Origin: Vicugna vicugna
Taxonomy: Eukaryota
DNA length: 64,000 bases
Reading direction: 5' to 3'
NCBI GenBank assembly: GCA_013265495.1
Contig: MU058591.1
Coordinates: 124,001-188,000 of the forward strand
The notes under the pieces are model-generated. The model made no database searches. It had not been told where the DNA came from and saw only the letters and a list, made by a program, of their open reading frames with translations. Position 1 is the stretch's first letter, and each line of letters begins with the position of its first letter. Positions 54,762 to 64,000 of the stretch are shown here, in pieces. A program made the position numbers and the translations under genes.

Positions 54762-56329
54762 TATATGTAATTGTGCACTTTTCTACTTTAAGATTTACTT
54801 AAGAGTTTCTGTCCACCATTCTTGTTTTCACCAATGCTAGATATAACTATACATAACTTTGACCAAATAGGTAACAAATTCAAACATTAAATATACTCTC
54901 AGTATCTTTTAAACACTTCATATGTTAAAACTTTTTCAATGATTCCTATAAATTAATTTTTCTGGCACACCAGTGACATACAGATCATAAATGTGCTTAA
55001 AGTGTATATGCGCCAATATGTGAAGATCTAACTCCCGTATTCAACAGGCTAAAATTAGTGTGCGAACTATAGAGCACATAAAATTTAAACTGTTTTGGTT
55101 GTGACCTTACTACCTAGCAGGGCTTAGAGAGCATTATTTGAAAGAGTCTTAGAAAGCCTGTCCAGAGCTAGTTCGAACTGATTCTTTTTTCTCCTCTGGA
55201 AACGTTGCTCTATAGAAAGCAAAGACATTCATAATTATTTTACTGACTTCACAACTGTTTGAAATGCAGTATTAAATGTTCAATTTATTTTTTATGAATA
55301 TAACAGTATTTCCTCCCACTGAACTATATTTTCAAAAATAAAAGCAAAACACATTCATCTCCCTTTTACCTTGCCCTCTGTCTTGACTTCACTCAACATT
55401 TGGCTAAGTTGAAATCAAATAAAGGCCACTTGAAAAACAATAATTACCAGATATTCAAAGACTTCAAATTTAATTCCCCAAGACATAATGAAAGCATTAG
55501 AAAATTAATCGGGGAAAAATAATAACTACCATTTGAAGAGAACTTAATTTGTATGAGACCTGGTGTTGTATTGAACTACACACATTTTCTTATTTAATTT
55601 TCATTGCAATATCTAGGAGTAAGCATCCTCATATTTTAAAGGGAAACTAAGATCGAAAAAGTTTATTTAAGTTGACCAAGGTCACATGGCTCATACATGT
55701 TAGAGATGTCAGTGCCTGTGCTTTCATTACATCAATGTATCAGCACAATTCTACTGATTACTAAGAGAAAGCAGAATCTTTATTATTTTAATGTTCTCTT
55801 AGTAGCCAGAAATTGAGTCATCTTTCTATACAATTAAACATGGATTTTCATATATAAAGCTCAAAATGATATTAAACAATTACATACACCTAGTCTGTGT
55901 TTTATATATTTATAATTTTCTGCAGATAGACACGAACATTTTCTAAGATGCATGTAGAGGCATCTTGTCGTGGAAATAATCCCAGATTCCATGAGTTAAT
56001 AACCTATAGGTACAGTTTGTACATACTGCTGCTTTTAGGTACTACGTCTGCATGGTTCTGTGCATGTGCTGACAGTGAGTATGTAGATATCAGAGAGGAT
56101 TTTGTTATGTTACTAACACAAATTGCCTTCAGGGAAGATTATACATCACTAGGTTTATTAATACTTAGAAAAAATGTCTTTGTTAAGTAAAGTTACTTTC
56201 TTTCTTAGCTATTCAAAAGCTGCTTCTATACTCATAGCATATATTTACCTTTATTATTTTTTTATCTAAATTCTTCCTGGTCAATATATATGTAAAATCA
56301 TAAATTTGAGGACTAGTTACATTTGATTC

Positions 56330-56953
56330 TTTTTTTTAACATTTTTATTGAGTTATAGTCATTTTACAATATTGTGTCAAATTCCAGTGTAGAGCACAAT
56401 TTTTCAGTATACATGAACATACGTATATTCATTGTCACAGTTTTTTCTCCATGAGCTACCACAAGATCTTGTATATATTTCCCTGTGCTATACAGTATAA
56501 TCTTGCTTATCTATTCTACATTTTGAAATCCCAGTCTGTCCCTTTCCCGCCCCCTTAGCAACCACAAGTTTTTATTCTATGTCTATGAGTCTATTTCTGT
56601 TTTGTATTTATGTTTTGGGTTTTTTGTTTGTTTGTTTTAGATTCCACATATGAGCGACCTCATATGGTATTTTTCTTTCTCTTTCTGGCTTACTTCACTT
56701 AGAATGACATTCTCCAGGAGCATCCATGTTGCTGTAAATGGCGTTATGTTGTTGGTTTTTATGGCTGAATCCGATTCCATTGTATAAATATACCACATCT
56801 TCTTTATCCAGTCATCCATTGATGGACATTTAGGCTGTTTCCATGTCTTGGTTATTGTAAATAGTGCTGCTACGAACACTGGGGTGCAGGTGTCATTTTG
56901 AAGTAGGGTTCCTTCTGGATATAAGCCCAGGAGCAGGATTCCTGGGTCATATG
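56330..56953 (-). mobile_element. Young 5'-truncated LINE-1 (ORF2 C-terminus and 3'UTR)
   Basis: ORF 56637-56879 (MFVAALFTITKTWKQPKCPS...ILSEVSQKEKEKYHMRSLICGI*) is the L1 ORF2p C-terminus. The 3'UTR matches the copy at 654-1005, with a T-run at ~56330. Confidence 0.92.
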
Positions 56954-58450
56954 CATATATTCGCCTTTAACTTAATCATTAAAATAAAATTTTCCTGTTT
57001 TCTTCACTTGAAGGACAGTACTATTCAACCTGTAACTCACTGTAAAGTGTTTTTGTTTGATTATTTGTTTTTAATATCGAATATTACAACACTTAAAATT
57101 AGTGATGACAGGTATTTAGGAATTACTTGCTTCAAAGTACATGATTGCACATTATAGATAATTTCTACATCTATGTGTCTCCCTGCATATAAATTAACTG
57201 ACTCAGCTCAACCCCATACATTGAACCTGCAGTCACAAACACAAAATCATGCATGGAATCAATTTTTCTGTCACAGAAAGCTTTAAAAAATCTCTCTTAT
57301 TTTTAGTAAATTTTAAAAATTTCACTTAAACCTTGTAATTTATTATTTCAACACTAATTGTGATGGTCATTCAGCCCTCAAGCTACCAAATGCAATGTTG
57401 CTGGCTATAAATAATTCTTAACCATATTTTCTCCACTTTGAAAAAGTTTAAAATTCATGTTTGCTAAGATTAGTATTAGAATTATACATGGGATGGATAC
57501 TTTTTGTAGGATTTTCTTTGGACATGTTCACAATGTGTGAAAAATTTTAATTTTACAGACTTTTGCATTATTCACAAATGCAAAAAGTCATCCCACAGAC
57601 TTCACATAGAACTTTCTATTCATCAAGTGAGTTTAATTATCTGTGCTATGTTCACAATTGCCAAACAAAGACACAATGCCACAGAACCTGGGGGCCTGTG
57701 CTCATTTAAAACATCAATTATTAACTTGGTCTGTGAGCTGAAGCCTACCACCCTCAATAAGGTAGACCAGCTCTTTATTAATTTTCAAGCATAAAAACTG
57801 CAACTAAAATATAAACTCTGTGTTGATTCTTTAATTCTCTAATAACTATGATTAGGCTGCAAAATATAAAACCTTGCATGTAGAAAAGCAACAAAGATAA
57901 AACAGCTATAAGCCTTATAAGATTGAAACTTCCATACACCATAAGATCTCCATTAAGTACTGGGGAGATGCAGTTTAAGAGCCCTTCCATTCCACAGTTG
58001 GATCTTCATCTTTTCTCCTGAACTCTTTTGATATTGATTATATGGAAGATCTTAGTGCAAGAGCTTGCGGCATATCTTCAATGTATGGGGTTGAGCATAC
58101 TTGTTGTTTTCAGCCTTACAGCTTACTTATTTCAGGTCTTCTCTTTGGAAGGAGAATTCCACAAACATAAGCTTTCTGGATCAAATCTCTGCCTGTCCCC
58201 CTTGTCTCCCTTTTCCTCTTGATTTGGGACATGGCATGTTTCACTAAAACACCGTTAAATGACCTGCATTCAATTACTACACCATTTACTTACAGTTTAT
58301 TTTATCCATGTTTAATTTCATTAATTAAATAAATTGTGTAAGATGCAGTCTTAATTTTCTCTTAACACAGTGCACTTTCCCTAGGAACTCCCAAAATATG
58401 TTTCGCAGGGTTTATAGTCTTCTGGCCATACTGGATATTTTCTTTAATCC

Positions 58451-58485
<35 letters not shown>

Positions 58486-58560
58486 TCCTATATGTTCTAT
58501 ATTCCTGTGTGTGTGTGTATACATCCTGTGTATATATATATGTATATACACACGCACACA
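58451..58560. repeat. Compound (TG)/(TA)/(CA) microsatellite
   Basis: Directly visible. Confidence 0.85.
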
Positions 58561-60966
58561 CTAAATATAGCTGTCTATATTTAGTTTTAAAATAGAATTT
58601 TAAATAATTTTTTATACATAACATTTTGTTTGAGTGAATTAAAAGGTCCGGTCTATTTGCTTCATAACCACATATCCCATTCTTCAACATACAAATTTAT
58701 TTCCTCTCTTTAACTTTGAAGTTTATAAACAGGTAACTTTTTTTTTTTTTTTACAAAAAGTAACATTTGGGCTGTATTTATGTTTTCCTTGTATAACTAA
58801 GAATTTCACTTGATTGATTTAGAAAAATATTTTATACTAGAATTCTTGAAGAACTATGCTGAAATTGGACTATGGTCTATATAAAAAGGTACAAAGGAGG
58901 AAATGAAAATAGACTGTTTTGTGTCCCTACATAGGATCTTGATTTCCTTTTATTTATTTTTTTATATATTGTTTGATTTTGTTTCTCCTGGACATTAGGA
59001 GGGCTTGTACCTTATCTACATAATTCAAACATTTTAGTATGATCCCCTTATTGGAAATTTCTGGACATAGGAAAACCTTTGAGTCTGCATAGTCATGCTG
59101 TTTTCATTTTTTTCCTCAAATTTTTGCTGTGGTTATTTATCTTACCTAATTAAGTTAATTCTTCCTCAAGAATAATAATTCTATTTTCTTCTCTTTCCTA
59201 TTGAAATAAAAAAGAGCAGATGTTCAAAATCATCTTCCACATTATTGATCTTTTTAGTGTGTATTTTTCTATCTCTGTAATTATTTTGGTAGTCTAAAAT
59301 TATGACATACACACAAAACATTTAGTACTGCCATGCTGAAAATGTTGATTCTCATCAATCCCCACTCAAGTGTTAACAATTGCTTTGTAATATTCTAGAG
59401 TTTACTATCTGTATGTGAGTATGAGTTTGTGTGGTAATGAGTATCAAAGTTCAGTTCTTGGGTCAAGTTCATATCTTCCTTAAAGGCCTCCATGACCCCC
59501 TCCTACCATGTCTGCAGTTATTTTATCTCTTACCAAATCACATTGCCCAGCTCCCCTGTGATGTGCTTAAGGATGGAAAATATATAACACCGTTGCAAAC
59601 TTTCTGGATTAAATTTGACAAACTATATTAAAATTTAAAATGTATCTACTTTTCCTGAAAATCCTATTTCTAGGAATTTAAACAAATGCCTCTCTTAATG
59701 TATAAAGATACTGATGTAGTAGTGCTGTTAAAAATAGTAAAACAACTCTAGAAGAGCTAACATGCCCACTAGTAGGTTTCTGATTATGTAAACCATGACA
59801 CGAACTGTAGTGGAATTGTACTGGGTTAATATTATCACCATATTCACCTAAAAAGAAAGATATAACAAGGTATATCAGGCATAAAATCAGGCATTATCAC
59901 CAGGAAATACACACACAATCACATATAAAGTTTAAAAAGGTACCAAATAGTATGTAGATAAAATCACACGCAGGGGGTGTGTGTGTGTGAATACAAAGAG
60001 AATAAGAGAAAGTAGTGGTGAGTTTGAAGTGGGAGAAGGAAGCTTTCACAGTTTGTTTCTGTTTTCATTTTAAGTTTCTGTTCGGTTTGCATTTTCTAAC
60101 CTCTTAAGTAAATCACATTTATGTATGAAAGTATGTGTTTAATGGCAACCAGACTTATACAGGCAGTAACATGATGTAGCATTTTTCTCTTACTACTTCT
60201 CTATGTTAGAAAATTATAACTGTGGTTTCCAAAAGCTTATGTCAATTACAAATCTGCAATATCCATAAAGATTCTGTTTCACAGCTTATTTAATGTTATT
60301 TGGAAGCCAAAACTCAGCATTTGTCCACAGAAAAAATATTTTAAATGTCGGTTTCCTAGCAGGTCACAAAACATACTTTGTCCATAATTAACTGAATGAG
60401 TACATCACTTTGCCTCTGAGTACATTCATCCATATGTAGTTCATGTTGTAGGCTTGTTATGAGAGGCTTCTCATTTTCCTCCCAGTTCAGTTCTCTTCAT
60501 TTTTCTTTGGTATCCTATGTTAAGTAGGGGATTCTGAGAGCTTATCTGTAGCCTTCTACTGTTTTAACCCTGGAAGCTGTGGGGATGAGACGCTGTGGAA
60601 TTGGAGCAATCTTGCCGTTGGGGTGGGTGCAGGAACCTGGGTCAGGGGATGCGTGAATGTGCTGAGACCACACAATGAAGACATGAGAGAATGAAGAATG
60701 CTAAGAGCCACCGGAAGGCACATTATGCAACGACAGCTGTAATGACTGCACCGTAAGATCTGAGATACGACTACAGGAGTCTAGGCCAGTGGAAGAGATG
60801 TTACAGTAAGAGTCTGGAAAGAGATTTAAATTCCGATCAATTCAGCCTCAGCATTATAGAGAGTAAACAATGTCTCATGGATGAATATTTTCCACCAGGA
60901 CTTGCTAAACAAAGATTATTGGTAACCTTGGTTAATGACGAGTGAATGGTAAATACACCTTGGGAG

Positions 60967-61584
60967 GGGCGGCGGCGCGCGGCGGGGGGCGGTTAGGGCG
61001 CGCGCGGGCCGGAGTGGCAGCCGCCGTGGCCGCCGAGCAGCAGACGGGGAAGGCGCCCAGGGCCACGAGTGCAGCCTGCAGGCGTCGGAGGACGGGCTGG
61101 TGTCCACGCTGAAACCTCTAGAGTCCGGGAAGCTGAACATCCCCGTGCGCCAGCAGCGGCTGCTGTTCAAGGGCAAGGCCCTGGCAGATGGGAAAAGACT
61201 CTCCGATTACAGCATTGGGCCCAATTCCAGGCTCAGCCTAGTGGTCAGACCTCTGGAGAAGGTGTTACTGGAAGAAAGCACCGCCTGGAGACTGGCCGAA
61301 GCCCTGCCCCCAACCCCGGCCGCCTGGCAGCTCATCTCCAAAGTCTTGGCCCGCCACTTTAGTGCTGCAGATGCCAGCAGAGTCCTGGACCGAGTACAGA
61401 GGGTTTAGGAGACGTCCCTGAGCCACCTGACGCTGGATGACATCGAACGCTTGGCTGGCCGCTTTCTACACCCTGAAGTGACAGCAGCTATGGAGAAGGG
61501 GTTCTCCAAGGCGGACTCTCAGTGTGGGGAGGAGCCTGGCCAGGCCACAAGCTGCATGTAGCATTAAATGTGTTCTCATGTTGC
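60967..61584 (+). pseudogene. UBL4A: Processed pseudogene of ubiquitin-like protein 4A (GET5 homolog); CDS remnant 61035-61510
   Basis: Intronless sequence translating to (M)QQTGKA/QGHECSLQ...QQRLLFKGKALADGKRLSDYSIGPNS...WQLISKVLARHFSAADASRVL...LTLDDIERLAGRFLHPEVTAAMEKGFSK. The ATG is replaced by GAG (61035), there is a 1-bp deletion at ~61057 and a premature TAG at 61406-61408. It has a GC-rich 5'UTR, ATTAAA at 61563-61568, and a flanking TSD. Confidence 0.95.
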
Positions 61585-61586
61585 AA

Positions 61587-61587
<1 letters not shown>

Positions 61588-61631
<44 letters not shown>
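61588..61631. repeat. (TA)13(CA)9 compound microsatellite
   Basis: Counted directly from the sequence. It lies within the 3' TSD of the UBL4A retrocopy. Confidence 0.95.
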
Positions 61632-61632
<1 letters not shown>

Positions 61633-64000
61633 CTTGGAAGTTAGAAATAGTCAACTGCTCCAGAAGGATTTAAAGGCATATTTCCTCCAGAATCTTTGAT
61701 TATGTTCTAAGGAGAATACAAGTTACAGACTTCTCTTCTCTCACAGAGAGGGTATGTTTATAATCCACACCAGAGAGATTCTCTCTCTTCTCTCCCTCTC
61801 TCTCAAATACGCCCGGTGTTCTAGGTAACTTCTGGACTTCATAATTTCTGGGTTCTCCTCTAGTGGCACAGACACATCCGACTCCGCTTGTGTCAGCCTG
61901 CAGGGAATGGGAGTGTAGGCAGTCAATGCTGATGGGATGCTCTGTGAGTATATAAAGGATCTGTTTTCTGATCCAGAGATCTTGTGTTTCTTGTTAGGAT
62001 AAACAAACAAATAAGGATACAAAACCTTAACAACTATCATCCATGTTGCTGGTGAAATGTCCATTTTTTGAGGTGTGGTTGTGGAAAACAGAAATAGCAA
62101 CGTGCATACAGGCTTTTCTGAGACCACCCTGATATCAAATGATTCTACCTCATCATGACCCTGACATACGTTATCAAAATATCTTAAATTTTTAGACTCG
62201 GATAGTCAAATTACATCTTTCATAACCCTCTTCCCTTGGAGAACTTCTAAAATGGACTGGGAAGAACATAAGGAATGCAAGTTTGGGTTTGGCAGAAGCT
62301 CGGGGTCTGGTGAGAGACTTGCATTCCAGCCTGGTGATACAGAGCAGAAGCCCAGTGAGATGGATCGGGCTGCATACTAAGGGCGTTTGAAAGGCTGCAA
62401 ACCAGAAGTGACATTCAGTCCACTGCAGGCTGGGTCTTAATGCATGCTCACAAAACTGACTTCAGGATCAATTATCTGGAGGAGGTGAGGCAACTGACTG
62501 TCATTCACTGGTGAGGTCTGACTCGGAAACATCCCAGCGGGAGGCTGCAGCTTTATGGACTCAGGTTGCACCTGGCAGCAGCGGACAACAGCAACCATCG
62601 TGTTTTATTTTGTTTCATTTCATGTTGGAAAGACCATGGTGGTGGGTATGTGTATAGAAGATGTTCTTTAGCACAGGGTAGGAAGACACTGAGGCATGTA
62701 TCCCTCTGCATTTATTGTCAGTAATGGTTCCATGAAAAGTTCTCTGATTTGAAATCAGAGTAGTAGGAAAAACTATAAAATTGAAGCACAAAGAAAAATA
62801 TGTCAATAAATGAGCAGTGTATCAGTAAACTATCATACAATATTAAGTTTAACATTCATGGAACAGACCTGCAGAGACTTCTACAGAAAATTATATTTGA
62901 TGAAGTAACAGGCAAATACTTTTCAAATTGAATTTAAAAATGTGTAGTCCACGTGAATCGGATACCGGTAGATCCTAGAGAGGTTAATACAAGGAAGGCT
63001 GCATGTAAGCACTTCATAGTCAAATTACTGAAACTAAGTTTACTGTAAATATATTAAATGTATTTGGGGGGGGAAGGCAAGCAGAGGAGGAACATTATAT
63101 ACAGCAGAACTATTATACAAATTACCTTTGTCTTCTCATTACAAATGCAAATCAAAAAACAGTGGAACAGCAGGTTTAAAATGTCACAAGAAAAAATAAT
63201 TTGTTTCAGCCTACACTTCAGTTTCAGAAACAAAGACAAAATGAAGACAAATTCAGCTAAACAAAAACAAACAATCAATGTCCGGTCGATCTTCTGTAAC
63301 AGAAAAACCACAAGAAGTTTCTCAGGCTGAGAGAATATGGTATCAGCCTTATACTTAGGTCTACATTGAGGCCTGAAAGAGCAGTGAAAATGGTAACTAT
63401 AAAAGGCATTTTTCTCATTTTTATTATATTTAAATGAGTTGTGGTTTAAATATCTGCTCTATTCTATTGTTGGGGACTATAGGATGGAGTTTGTCCTTTG
63501 GATGCTGGTTACAGATACCCATTTTTTTTTTTTGATCTCTTTGTTTTTCTTTATGTTTCCCTTATTTTTTTTTTTCCTTTCCCCTAGTTATACAGATCCA
63601 TGGTGTCTGTTCTACCTGGCATTTCTTCTTATTTTGTCTTTATTTATGAACTTAGTTTGTCTTTAATTTTTTCTTTAAATTCCTTCCTGAGAATTCCTAG
63701 ACCTCCTTTTTTCTCCTACATTCTCTGGTTATCTGATCATCGCTTCCTTTTGTCCCCTTATATTTATATTTGATTGCTTCATTAGTCGTTCTTTATTTCA
63801 TGTTGGAATTTGGAGTTCCAGTTTTCATCTGTTTTGTGTCTAATTTCAGGTGATTTTTTTTGCATCCCATTTCACTTTTCTCTTATTGCATATTTTTATT
63901 GTTCTGTGCCCCTCCTTGTTTTGCTGCTCAACTTTGAACGAGCTGGATTTTCAGAAAGCTGTTAACAGATGATTCCTTTGGAGGAAGGAGGGATCATTAT

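Noticed and set aside
61100..61408. 102-aa ubiquitin-like ORF as an intact gene
   Set aside because: It has a GTG start, lacks the first beta-strands of the UBL fold and ends at a premature TAG. It is part of the UBL4A pseudogene.
1..64000. CRISPR arrays, operons or other prokaryote-like novel systems
   Set aside because: The sequence is mammalian repeat-rich DNA with no regularly spaced repeat-spacer array or gene cluster.

Overview
AT-rich, repeat-dense mammalian genomic DNA with no intact protein-coding gene that I can recognise. It looks intergenic or deep intronic, and most short ORFs in the track are noise or LINE-1 fragments. A tRNA-Ala-like short SINE resembling Vic-1 and a young lineage-specific L1 family suggest a camelid, but this is inference. 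Two processed pseudogenes form GC-rich islands. (1) A ~3.85 kb minus-strand PDE1B retrocopy (32413-36267) has a poly(A) tail and an exact 13-bp target-site duplication (TSD). It derives from the PDE1B2 isoform, carries ~0.9 kb of upstream leader, and retains a 30-nt intron-end segment from an alternative splice acceptor. (2) A plus-strand UBL4A retrocopy (~60967-61584) has a 3' TSD that has expanded into a (TA)13(CA)9 microsatellite. The rest is L1, MIR, MLT/LTR and hAT remnants, including a short L1 with a twin-priming 5' inversion. Repeat family names and most repeat boundaries are recognised by eye and are approximate. I see no support for a novel multi-gene system. The most interesting signals are the transcript 'fossils' captured in the retrocopies.
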